DNA of 64,000 nucleotides from Euprymna scolopes (Eukaryota): NCBI GenBank assembly GCA_053919585.1, contig CM132805.1; one strand, 5' to 3'. Shown piece by piece: positions 24,595 to 37,500 of this stretch (position 1 is its first letter; each line of letters starts with the position of its first letter). The notes under the pieces were generated by a model. It saw only the letters and a program-made list of their open reading frames with translations, ran no database searches and was not told where the DNA came from. The position numbers and the translations under genes were made by a program.

Positions 24595-26058
24595 TATGTA
24601 TGTATGTATGTATGTATGTATGTATGTATGTATGTATGTATGTATGTATGTATGTGAGATAAGCCAAAAATTAAAATCCGATGAAAAATCCTGATAGATA
24701 TTACTAGAGGTAATACTTTCAGGGTGATCCTAGCCAAAAAGGAACAGCTCAATATTTAAGAATAGAGCAATATATAAATTTAGTTGTTAAATTTAAATTT
24801 TAAAAATCAAAATATAGACACATATATTCGAGTTAAGAATTTATTGTTTGACAAACGGAATATATAGAAGGGGTTATATTAATTTCCTTAATCCATGGAT
24901 TTTCAATAATGGCTCATCAGAGGAAATGAAATGCGGTTAGCAAAATGTTCAGCTGTGAAAAGGCACGTATTTTGCTTTTCAGCACAATTATTGAAAATAG
25001 TTTTTTTTTGGTGGTGAATGATAATTATATGAAAATAATTATTGGAAGAGGGAATTTGATACAACCTGGGAAGTCCATTATCGAAAGGAGTATAATGTCC
25101 TCCGGGGTTTTATTTCCAAGGAGGCAGAATATTGGTCCAGGGGAGAAGGCAGTAATCCCATATAACAAAAATGCGTGGTTGCTCCTTATTGATATTTAGG
25201 AAGGTATACGGGGCGGCCGTATTCGTTGGTGTGTTGAATGCGTTTTGGTATATGTAATCCAGATTCTTTTTTGGAGTTGGCACAGTATATCAGATATTGG
25301 ATGGATATACCAATCCATTGCATATATTCCCATGGGTGATGGTCGGTAATGAGGATGCAAGGACACGAGTTCTAAAAAGAAAACAAGCACGGAAAATATA
25401 GAAGTTATTTATAGGGAAAAATAATAAGACTTATTGCGCGCCAAATTAAGATACCAAACTCATTCACACATATCACGTGATCACGTATATCGCATGAAGG
25501 TACATATGGCGTAGTGATTATCACGAGATTGGGGTGAAGGTCAGCAGTTTTTTTCACAACCTCTTTTAAGTGTACTATTTTCAGTTGACCTTTATACACT
25601 GGAATAAATATATTTTTGATCTTCAAATTTAATGATCGTTTTGTTTTTTTAGTTTAAAATTAAATTTGAACTTCCGATGTTATATTTTATTATCAGTTTT
25701 TTTTTCGAGCTGGGGATGGGACATCCTACCAGATGCCAAACATTCACCTGATAACGCAGCTATTCCAACCGAGAGATATTTTAAGATTCTGACTGTCACT
25801 TTAAATGTAATTGCTTAAATCTCTCTTGCACTTGGTTCACCAGGTATATTTGCCAGATAGTTTTCGAAATTCTTTTTTATGAATTCCATTATAATATGAG
25901 TCCCTATAGTAACTGGAATGGTAGAGATATTTGTACGATTCCTGTTTCTTTTCATGTCAGACATAAGACCTTAGTATTTCGTTATATTTTCCCTTTCAGC
26001 TCTTTTTAACCAAACATCATTGGAGACACTAACTTCTGAATGTTGCATTTCGTTTCAG

Positions 26059-26126
26059 ATATTATTTGCTGTAAATATGGAAGATGCTTCATCGGAGATT
26101 GTATGGCAATGTGGCCACTTTCATAG
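26059..26126 (+). CDS. Cys-rich peptide gene copy B, exon 4 (68 nt, (H)IICCKYGRCFIGDCMAMWPLS*)
   Basis: cactaac branch site, tttcgtttcag acceptor, ends TAG|gtatg. Colinear with 10495-10562. Confidence 0.85.
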
Positions 26127-26398
26127 GTATGACATTAATAAAGGCTGAATTTCATAGGTATGACATTAATAAAGGCTGAATTTCATAGGTATGACATTAA
26201 TAAAGGCTGAATTTCATAGGTATGACATTAATAAAGGCTGAATTTCATAGGTATGACATTAATAAAGGCTGAATTTCATAGGTATGACATTAATAAAGGC
26301 TGAATTTCATAGGTATGACATTAATAAAGGCTGAATTTCATAGGTATGACATTAATAAAGGCTGACTTTCATAGGTATGACATTAATAAAGGCTGAAT
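26120..26398 (+). repeat. 9 x 31-bp minisatellite (ttcataggtatgacattaataaaggctgaat)
   Basis: Nine near-perfect units. Single-copy in copy A (~10556-10586). Confidence 0.97.
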
Positions 26399-28530
26399 TT
26401 CCTACAACCACAACAAATAATAACAGTAAAAACTTATGAAATAAAATTTATTCATCATAATTTTTGCTCTATTCTCAAGAAAGATTATACAAAAAAATCT
26501 CTTATCTTTCTATTATCCGTAAACCGGTGCATTTTCAAAAATATGTACAAACGGGAAAAATGGAGCCGAATGTTATTTCTACGTATTTTGACGTAAACGA
26601 TGAAAACAACGCCATTTTTTGAATTCTCTCAAAAATCAAATATTTGATCAATTTCTTTAATCTTTTTACGAACTTATTTTAAAAAGCTGAACTATATATA
26701 AACTGAAATAAAATAATATACAAAAAAATGCTCATATTTTGTCCCTCCCCCCCCCCGCCTCCAACGCGATCTTATTAGATTTTTAGGGGGATTTTGGGGG
26801 GTTACATCTTAGTTTTTTTGCATATTAAAATATAATGAAATAAAATGTTTTTAATTTGGGGTAAAAATTGTTGCCGACTTGCCGAGATTTTTCTCAACTT
26901 TTAGGGAAAAAGAAGTTGGAAACTACATTGAAATTATTTAAGTTTTAATGGAAAAAGTTTCTTAATTTTATTACTTTTTATTTAATTTTTTAAATTTTCG
27001 CCTGTAAAATTTCAAAATATTTCCAAAATAATTTCTTCTTTTTTTAAAGATTAAATTTTTCAGATCATTTGAAAAAAATATGAAAGATTTGCTCTTAAAA
27101 AGTATTATGAATAAACAAACGATATTACTGTTAATAATTAAAACAAAAAATGAATCGATGCCGTTTTTCGTCAATGGGCAAATAAAAACTATATTTAGAA
27201 ATCGAGCATGAAGAATTTTTTCTATGGAAGACCAATTTGTTCATCTTCGCATTTCACTAATAAAAATTGTTGCGTAACTTATATAACTTACTTCTCCATT
27301 GTTAGAACAAAAATATAACTTCTTAACCAAGTAATTGAAGCAATTTAAGTTCAGAGTTAATTAAATTTCTTTGTGCACGGTTGATTTTAAATAGAAAATC
27401 GATTTTAATTTATAATTCCATACAAAATTTTTAATTGAAAATAAGTTTCAGATAAAATTAAAGGATTTAGTTAAAATTCAAATAATGCTTACTTTTAGGA
27501 ATTAAAAACTAATATTTCCTAGAATAAAGAGAAATTTAATAAAAAAATAATTTAATAAACATTGCCTTTTGGAATCTGCAAATTACGATATTATAAATTA
27601 ATAAATTGTTACTAACGAGGAAAAATTGTCACTTAGGGCCGTCCATAGATAACGGAAGTTAATTGTTTTAGGTGTTGTCTGCTAAAATAGGATAAGTTTT
27701 TTGGATAGACACACCTATATATATCTTCTTTCATAATATTTTAAGCGACAGGTAAGACTTTTACTGTTATATTTCACTCGACTAATGATTGAACCACAAC
27801 TTTAACAAGATATTATATATATTTGTACTGACTTTTTTCATATATTTTTAATATTTAATTTGGCTCTATTTCTAAAAATGTGCCGTCATTGGGATATTTT
27901 TGTCATTTTTTAAGGTTTTGTCAATTTGCGATGTTCAAATCACATTTCGCTAGTTTTCTAGAGTGTAAAATAATTAATGTTTATATGCGATTTAAACCCT
28001 GAGCCTTCTTCAATATTGAATAAAAAGTGCGATGAATTACTTTCATTTTACTAGGTTTTACTTGTGTTTTTGTTAACAAACACACGGACCTCTTAAATAC
28101 GACGAAGTGACGAGTAGATATATTGTTAGTGAGGCATACAATATGTCAAAAAGCTCTATTAGATGACCTAAAAAAATTAAATCTTATATATAGAAATAAA
28201 ATATTTTATAAATTCTTTAAATATTTAATTAAACAGAATATATTAAAATTAAGAAAGAATATCAAGAATTATAGTTTGAATTAAATGTGATTTAGATTGT
28301 TTTTAATGCGATATTTTTTATTATGCATTATAACACTTCATGTTACAGTATTTTACTATCCTTAATGGCGTGTTTTATTTAAACAAAATTTTAAGAGTAA
28401 TTCTGTTAGTAGTTTCTTATTTAAAGAGCTCTCATATGGGGAGATAACTATGGTCATAACATTAAACATGTTTTATTTTTACATACATTTTTATCAATGT
28501 TTCTAACAATGTTTTCCTTCTCTCTTGCAG

Positions 28531-28640
28531 ATCTCGATTTATGATAATTTGATTAAGAATGAAAAGATCAGTTTTACTTTTTGTGTGAAACAAAACAAAC
28601 ATCGTTTTAAAAGTAATAAAATCTTTACTTAATCAATGAA
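28531..28640 (+). other. Copy B exon 5, non-coding 3' UTR exon with AATAAA at 28615-28620
   Basis: gttttccttctctcttgcag acceptor; aligns with 11329-11435. Confidence 0.7.
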
Positions 28641-28667
28641 TATGTTCATGCCTTTGTTTTTATTATA

Positions 28668-28938
28668 TGGTTGGTTGTTTTTGTTTTACGGCATATCTAC
28701 CCTTTTCAGGTTATTTAATGCCGAATCCAGTTATTTTGGAGAAAATTCTTTTAATAGAATATATCTTTTTTTCAAGTCAGTTTCTATTTAACCCATAGTT
28801 GGGACCCTAACAGGTACTACTACTCTGGGTCAGAGTGGATCTGGGAGCAATGGCAATTAAAGGGTGGCTCCACACTCACCAAAGCCCGCAAACTGGGGCC
28901 TCACCATCGGATATATTTTAAGGTCATATCCAGGACCT
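28668..28938 (-). mobile_element. SINE-like retroposon, same family as 45726-45997
   Basis: Reverse complement of the 45.7-kb element with a (CAA/CAAC)n tail. Absent at the matching site of copy A (~11455). Degenerate flanking duplication. Confidence 0.8.
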
Positions 28939-29509
28939 TGTTTTCATTGTATATGTTTCATTCATTGATTANNNNNNNNNNNNNNNNNNNNNNNNNNNNN
29001 NNNNNNNNNNNNNNNNNNNNNNNNNNNNNNNNNNNNNNNNNNNNNNNNNNNNNNNNNNNNNNNNNNNNNNNNNNNNNNNNNNNNNNNNNNNNNNNNNNNN
29101 NNNNNNNNNNNNNAATGATTTAAAATGTTTTTGACAAAATGACTCGAGCACCACAACCGAGATCAAAAACCAAAACTGTTAGCTTACAATTTACTTCTCC
29201 TTTGACGTTAATGCCTGAGCTATAAAGACATTTTTAGGCAAATTTTTAAACAAAAATATATACGCATACATGAATATATATAGAAAGATGTTTGTGTTTA
29301 CTATAAGCTTTTTACGCAACTATTACGCAAGTATAAATCATGTAGAATATCTGCATGAGTATGATTACACGTAACAGTTAACTAAAGATGATCATCCCAT
29401 AAGAAAACGGAAAACTAATAGGGAATTGATTAAAATTAATGTTTAGAACAATATGAAATTTAGCTAGATCTTTTGCAGCTGAATGTAACAAAAAACAGAT
29501 GAATGTAAC

Positions 29510-29958
29510 AAAAAATATCAATACACAAAAGATATCAATACACAAAAAATAGCAATACACAAAAAATAGCAATACACAAAAAATAGCAATACACAAACAA
29601 TAGCAATACACAAAAATATCAATACACAAAAAATATCAATACACAAAAATATCAATACACAAAAAATATCAATACACAAAAAATATCAATACACAAAAAT
29701 AGCAATACACAAAAAATATCAATACACAAAAAATATCAATACACAAAAATAGCAATACACAAAAATAGCAATACACAAAAAATATCAATACACAAAAATA
29801 GCAATACACAAAAAATATCAATACACAAAAATAGCAATACACAAAAAATATCAATACACAAAAATAGCAATACACAAAAAATAGCAATACACAAAAAATA
29901 TCAATACACAAAAATAGCAATACACAAAAAATAGCAATACACAAAAATTGCAATATAC
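29510..29958. repeat. ~17-19-bp tandem repeat ata(t/g)caatacacaaaaa
   Basis: About 25 units in two variants with variable A-run length. Confidence 0.93.
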
Positions 29959-31109
29959 AAAAAAAAAACAAATTTACATGAATATATATATACAAAACAT
30001 AAAAGACATGATTTGTTTTTTTACTCTTTTCAAAATAGGGAGATAGATATCCGGAGAACCAAGATAGTCTTGACGATGCGCGATCCAATGATCGTAAAGT
30101 CTCGATAGTCTTTGTCTGTTCACGAATAAAACTAAAGGAAATAACTCAGCACCGCTACATATTACATTATGTTTCTTACATCAGATATAACTTATGGGAA
30201 GTAAGACCTATCTACCAAAATAGCTGGCCATTTCAATATGCCATTTTTTTTATTTGTTATAAAAGTCGTGTACAGAATAGTTTTCATAAATACAAAGTAA
30301 GTTGCGTTTATTTTACATTTATTAATGTATTCTCCCTATGCTACCCTGGCAATACATGTCCGTCCCTATTACATCTATTGATTTCTAATGTACGTTTTTA
30401 AGTAAGAATTATGTGTGTTAATGTTCATCCCTCCTTCTCATGGCTAATGTATTATGTATCTCTTACGGATTTTATTGAAAAACTTCTGAGAGCAAATAAA
30501 CATATGCATTGTTATGGATCGGCTATGATGTGCCGTGCAAGGAGACGTGGTATCGCCAAATACAGAAATTCCTGTTTTGAATTCAAATGGAAATAATAAA
30601 ATTTTCTTATCCGTCCCGAAGTTTATTTTAGACTTTAGAGAAAATATAAGTAAAAACGGCGCACTGAAGAAACATGATACAGATGATTGTATAAAATATT
30701 TATTAAAAGAAATATTAACCAAACGTGCTTTAAAAACAAAGAGAATAATTAAAATAATGACTGGAAAAAGGGATAGTTTTCAGACCTAACGAAAATAAGG
30801 TTTTGGCAATAAAGCAATGTCAAAATGTTGAGACGTTGATCGTAAAAAGATAATGTTTGTGTTTGGAACGAACAAAATCGCTATTAATAAAACCTATTCA
30901 AAATGTATTCAGCTTTTTTGGAGAAAGTAAATAGCATTTGATTAGTAATTAGAATTTCTACATGAATAAGTTAGAAATTTTATTTAGAAGATGGTGAACT
31001 ACGATTATTTAATTAATGATTCAAATAGTTTTAGAGAAGAGGAGGGAATTGATGGAGTGAAAATTAAGCCGATGATTTCTTTCATTCTTTCAGAGTCAAT
31101 TTAAAGATT

Positions 31110-32768
31110 GAGAAAGCTAACATGCTTGTCCGTCAGTTTGCCTACAACTCCACTTTGGGCCCAGTAACCCGCTGCATCCCTGATTTTCCTTTGCGGACTG
31201 AAACTACACGAGTGTTCTGAAAATCACTCCTTATCAAGTACATGATATAAAAACCTAGACCCCTCAAATGCATGTGGACCTGATCTCATCCTGGCTTTTC
31301 TATTTAAAAGATGCTCCGCTGAGGTTGATCCAGTTCTCTTCAAACTTTTCAACAAATGTCTTAACGAATCTTGCTTCCTTGGCTGTTGGAAAACTGCTTT
31401 TGTGATACCAGTTCACAAAGATTTTGGCGAAAGGACTGACCATTAAATTATCGCCCCATTAGCTTACTCCAACATTTCGCCAAAATATTTACTCCATAAT
31501 TAATCAAGCTCTAGTCCACCACCTGGCAGTTACTAAACTTCTGTCCGGCCATCAATATGGATTTAGGCAAGCCCGTTCTACTGCACATATCTTAATTGTA
31601 ATCTCTGAACGTATATACCATGCATTTGATAAGGCAGGGGTGGGAAGGGCAATAACTCTAGATATTTCTAAGATTTTCGACAGCGTATAGCACGAGGGTC
31701 TTCTCATGAAAATCAAATCCTATGGTATCAATGGACGAATATTAAACATAATTAAATCTTTCTTAAATAATAGAAGAATGCAGTTTGTCCTCAATTTTCG
31801 TACGTCTAAACAAGATTACATAAATGCGGGTGTACCTCAGGGGACGATTCGTGGATTTTTATTATTCCTGATATTCATAAATGACCTCCCTGATAAAATA
31901 GTCTCTGAGATGGGTATATTTGCTGAAGACACTACGTTCTATACCAGGCACAAGGGGAAAACGAATGAATACATATCTAAGGTAATGGCATAAACTCTAG
32001 AGGAAAACTTCGAGTCTGTAGTAGAATGAGGACAAAACTGGATGGTAACATTGAATGCTGCTAAAAATAAGCTCATTTCTTTCAATAATTACAAGATACC
32101 TTCTCAAATTACTTGAAAATACTTCGTTCAAACTCCTCGGCTGAACGTTCACAGGAAACATGAGTTGGAACAGATACATCAATAGCATCACCAAAGCTGC
32201 TGCGAAAAAGGCGGGCTTTCTCTTCTGTGCTAGAAATTTACTTTCGCCTGAAAGTATCCTGTACCTCTATACGGCCACCATTCGCCCATGTATGGAGTAT
32301 TGTTGTCACTTTTGGACTGGTGCATCTGCTACTAGTCTCTCCCTCCTAGACAGAGTTAAAAAGAGAATCGCCAACCTGATTGGTCCTGAATCTAAGCTTC
32401 AACCTCTGTCACATCAACGAAATGTTGCATACATGTAACTACAAGCCCATGTGCCCCTAGACATAAATACACCCGACAAACCCGACAAGCAGCAAAGTCC
32501 CACCCCTACACAGTAAATATCTCTAGATGTAAGAAAGCCTTCTACTCTGAGAGTTTCTCCCTCAGAACTGCCAAACTTTGGAATTCCCTTCCGGGATCCC
32601 ATTTCGTCAACTGTTTTGACATGCAAAAGTTCAAGTGCAATGTGAACAGACACCTTGCTGCTCAACTCCCTATATTTTATCCCTGCAACTTATGTCCCTG
32701 AGAGTAGCCTCCACATCAAAGTGGTACTGTGATTTGTTTGGGGCGAAAATCTAATTTTAAAAAAAAAT
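31110..32768 (+). mobile_element. Degenerate CR1/L2-type LINE (family 2) including the RT domain
   Basis: YRPISLL, QYGFRQARST, LDISKIFD, GVPQG, FAEDT and IRPCMEYCCHFW with stops and frameshifts; A-rich tail. 5' boundary approximate. Confidence 0.9.
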
Positions 32769-33684
32769 AGATATAATTTATTTCTCTATTCGTTTATAGA
32801 CTACCCATGTTACTATTTATTTTCCTCCTCACGAGGGAAGAGTTGGACACATGGTCAGTTTTTAATGTAGGGAAAATCCAGCTCCCCCGAAAAGGGGCAC
32901 TCTAGATAGAAACAAAAATAAAAGTTGTCTCAGACATGAAGGATTTCTCCTGTACTGACCGAGGACAGAAAAGATTAAGTATGGCATCAGAACGGATACT
33001 ACACTGTGATCTTCCATGTTTCTCATTACAATTTATTGTTTTGACAGATTTGAACCGTAATAAAGTTGTAGTTTAATCAAGTTTTTATTTAATGTTTTCA
33101 CCTTCACAAATTTCCTGATATTTTGCGTTTTTTAAATTTTAGAAAATTTAATAAAGTTTTTGTGTTATTTTTAACTTTGTAATGTGTACGTTTGTGTCCC
33201 GTGCAGCCGAAATTTAAACAATTTATATGAACAGTTTTCGTACTGATGGAATTGCACGCCAACAAAACATGGTCTAGAAACTAGTTTATTTAACCTAATA
33301 AAATTTAGTTGGCGAATTTATTTTCTTTTTCTTACGGATTTTTCTCATAGTGACACTTCGTTTTACTGGGTGTATTTTTTTTTAATCCTGGCAAATGCTA
33401 ATAAAACGTTGGTAGTATTCAGCAATATTAATTAAAGCGATAATTCAGGTTCATCCTCTAGTTTATTAAGCACTATATGTTTGGTTTTTTGCATCCGTAT
33501 TAATACTAAACTTTGTCCGAAGATTAAACAGTCAAAACTCTTAGGGCTCAATTCTGACAATTTTAAATCATCGCAGTAGTGTTTGTAAACTGTGATAGTT
33601 ATTGTTTAAAGTTAGCAGAAGGAAAAAAAGGGGAAGATCAAACGAACAGAAATCTTATCGCGTGTGTGTCGGGCGAGGTTGGGC

Positions 33685-33687
<3 letters not shown>

Positions 33688-33744
<57 letters not shown>
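33688..33744. repeat. (GA)n microsatellite
   Basis: Direct reading. (CT)n tracts also at ~53007-53040 and 53455-53508. Confidence 0.95.
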
Positions 33745-33749
<5 letters not shown>

Positions 33750-34579
33750 AGATGACGCCCATAGTTTTAAAAGATGTGCTCTCGTGGAAGTCATGCGAAA
33801 TCACACGAAATCACGCGGGAGACATGTATAAAAGGAGTTGATAGGTTAGGTCGGGGTAAAAGGTAGAGAGACGAAGGTTGGTGACAGTGGTGATCTCAAA
33901 CCCGGCGGTTGTTGGCTTGCAAAGACGAATTCCTTTTTCTTTTTTTTTTCTTTAATTTTGTTGTCCTAAACCAAGAACACTTCATTAATAAAAGCAGTTT
34001 ACACTTCCTCTTTTGTCCTAGTGAGATTCACAGATGTTCACTTTCTGTTGAAAGAATACCATTTCGTCTCAAGCAATTTAGTTTATAATTCTCTAACCTC
34101 AACAAATCTAAGATTGCTGTTTTAAGAACGCTCTGCATTTGAAGAATTTTATATGTTTAAAAGTAGCAAACGAACGCGGCTTTTTAAAATCAGTCCAAAT
34201 ACCCCAATGTGTTTTATAAAGATCTTAATATCATCTAAAATAGGAAGCTAATATAATTTCGCTTTCAGTAATACAAGTAAAATTATACATTGCACTCAAT
34301 ATAGCGTTTTGCACATAATTCTAGTTTAAAAAGGGATTCTTGTCGAGGTTCGTACAACATTGTAACCGCTCCAGTTCAATTCCAAGAACTCGACTGGCCT
34401 GTCCTCTCAACTTTAGTCTTTTTATATCATCTTTTTAGAATGAGAAGTCTCATTAATATAAAAATCAATGCATATAACACTATATCAACCCATAATCCTT
34501 AAAGATCATCTCATAAACCCATGCCAAAATCGACAATCACATTAACTTCAACCACCGCAGGACACCACAAGGCTCTCAG

Positions 34580-37500
34580 ACCCCGCTAAACACTATTAAC
34601 TTCTCAAACAACGATAGGCACTACTAGCATCTTAAAACATGCTAGACACTTCCAGCTTCTCAAACAACTCAAGACACTATTAGCTTCTCAAAAACTGCTG
34701 GCCACTATTAGCTTCTCAAATAACGCTAGACTACCAGCTTCTCAAACAACGTTAGACATTACTATCTTTTGAGACACTGCTAAACAATACTAGCTCGCAA
34801 ACAACGATGAACACTACTAGCTTCTCAAATAACGCTAGACACTACTAGCGTCTCAGAAAACGTAAGACACAACCTGCTTTTAAAACAATGCTAGATACTA
34901 CTAGCTTCTGAAACATTGCTGGATACTACAAGCTTCTAAAAAAATCTCTAGACACTACTAGCTTTTCTGGTCACTACTAGCTTTTCTGGGCACTACTAGC
35001 TTTTCTCGACACTACTAGCTTTTCTGGGCACTACTAGCTTTTCTCGACACTACTAGCTTTTCTGTGCACTACTAGCTTTTCTAGAAAATACTAGCTTTTC
35101 TGGGCACTACTGGCTTTTCTAGACACTACTAGCTTTTCTGGGCACTACTAGCTTTTCTAGACACTACTAGCTTTTCTAGACACTACTAGCTTTTCTCAAC
35201 ACTACTAGCTTTTCTCGACACTACTAGCTTTTCTGGGCACTACTAGCTTTTCTCGACACTACTAGCTTTTCTGGGCACTACTAGCTTTCCTAGACACTAC
35301 TAGCTTTTCTGGGCACTACTAGCTTTTCTGGGCACTACTAGCTTTTCTAGATACTACTAGCTTTTCTAGGCAATACTTGTTTTTCTCGACGCTACTAGCT
35401 TTTCTCGGCACTACTAGCTTTTCTAGACACTACTAGCTTTTCTAGACACTACTAGCTTTTCTAGACACTACTACCTTTTCTCGACACTACTAGCTTTTCT
35501 TGGCACTACTAGCTTTTCTGGGCACTACTAGCTTTTCTCGACACTACTAGCTTTTCTGGGCACTACTGGCTTTTCTCGACACTACTAGCTTTTCTGGGCA
35601 CTACTAGCTTTTCTCGACACTACTAGCTTTTCTAGACACTACTAGCTTTTCTGGGGACTACTAGCTTTTCTCGACACTACTAGCTTTTCTAGACACTACT
35701 AGCTTTTCTGGGCACTACTAGCTTTTCTCGACACTACTAGCTTTTCTGGGCACTACTAGCTTTTCTCGACACTACTAACTTTTCTCGACACTACTAGCTT
35801 TTCTGAGCACCACTAGCTTTTCTAGACACTACTAGCTTTTCTAGACACTACTAGCTTTTCTGGGCACTACTAGCTTTTCTTGGCACTACTAGCTTTGCTA
35901 GACACTACTAGCTTTTCTCGACACTACTAGCTTTTCTGGGCACTACTAGCTTTTCTGGGCACTACTAGCCTTTCTAGACACTACTAGCTTTTCTCGACAC
36001 TACTAGCTTTTCTGGGCACTACTAGCTTTTCTGGGCACTACTAGCTTTTCTCGACACTACTAGCTTTTCTCGACACTACTAGCTTTTCTCGACACTACTA
36101 GCTTTTCTGTCCACTACTAGCTTTTCTCGACACTACTAGCTTTTCTGGGCACTACTAGCTTTTCTGGGCACTACTAGCTTTTCTCGACACTACTAGCTTT
36201 TCTGGGCACTACTAGCTTTTCTGGGCACTACTAGCTTTTCTAGGAACTACTAGCTTTTCTGGGCGCTACTAGCTTTTCTAGACAATACTAGCTTTTCTGG
36301 GCACTACTAGCTTTTCTGGGCACTACAAGCGTTTCTGAGCACTACTAGCTTTTCTGGGCACTACTAGCTTTTCTCGACACTACTACCTTTTCTAGACACT
36401 ACTAGCTTTTCTGGGCGCTACTAGCTTTTCTAGACAATACTAGCTTTTCTTGGCACTACTAGCTTTTCTCGACACTACTAGCTTTTCTCGGCACTACTAT
36501 CTCTTCTGGGCACTACTAGCTTTTCTGGGCACTACTAGCTTTTCTAGATACTACTAGCTTTTCTAGGCAATACTTGTTTTTCTCGACGCTACTAGCTTTT
36601 CTCGGCACTACTAGCTTTTCTAGACACTACTAGCTTTTCTAGACACTACTAGCTTTTCTAGACACTACTACCTTTTCTCGACACTACTAGCTTTTCTTGG
36701 CACTACTAGCTTTTCTGGGCACTACTAGCTTTTCTCGACACTACTAGCTTTTCTGGGCACTACTAGCTTTTCTCGACACTACTAGCTTTTCTGGGCACTA
36801 CTAGCTTTTCTCGACACTACTAGCTTTTCTAGACACTACTAGCTTTTCTGGGGACTACTAGCTTTTCTCGACACTACTAGCTTTTCTAGACACTACTAGC
36901 TTTTCTGGGCACTACTAGCTTTTCTCGACACTACTAGCTTTTCTGGGCACTACTAGCTTTTCTCGACACTACTAACTTTTCTCGACACTACTAGCTTTTC
37001 TGAGCACCACTAGCTTTTCTAGACACTACTAGCTTTTCTAGACACTACTAGCTTTTCTGGGCACTACTAGCTTTTCTTGGCACTACTAGCTTTGCTAGAC
37101 ACTACTAGCTTTTCTCGACACTACTAGCTTTTCTGGGCACTACTAGCTTTTCTGGGCACTACTAGCCTTTCTAGACACTACTAGCTTTTCTCGACACTAC
37201 TAGCTTTTCTGGGCACTACTAGCTTTTCTGGGCACTACTAGCTTTTCTCGACACTACTAGCTTTTCTCGACACTACTAGCTTTTCTCGACACTACTAGCT
37301 TTTCTGTCCACTACTAGCTTTTCTCGACACTACTAGCTTTTCTGGGCACTACTAGCTTTTCTGGGCACTACTAGCTTTTCTCGACACTACTAGCTTTTCT
37401 GGGCACTACTAGCTTTTCTGGGCACTACTAGCTTTTCTAGGAACTACTAGCTTTTCTGGGCGCTACTAGCTTTTCTAGACAATACTAGCTTTTCTGGGCA

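Noticed and set aside
24240-25345. Helitron-like element replacing the exon 3 region of copy B
   Set aside because: The start and (TATG)n tract are suggestive, but no helicase motif or 3' hairpin-CTAG end was identified.
29378-30088. Cys/Phe-rich ORFs, and YIYI, poly-L/I/T/N, CVCV and ERER ORFs elsewhere
   Set aside because: These are translations of micro- and minisatellites.
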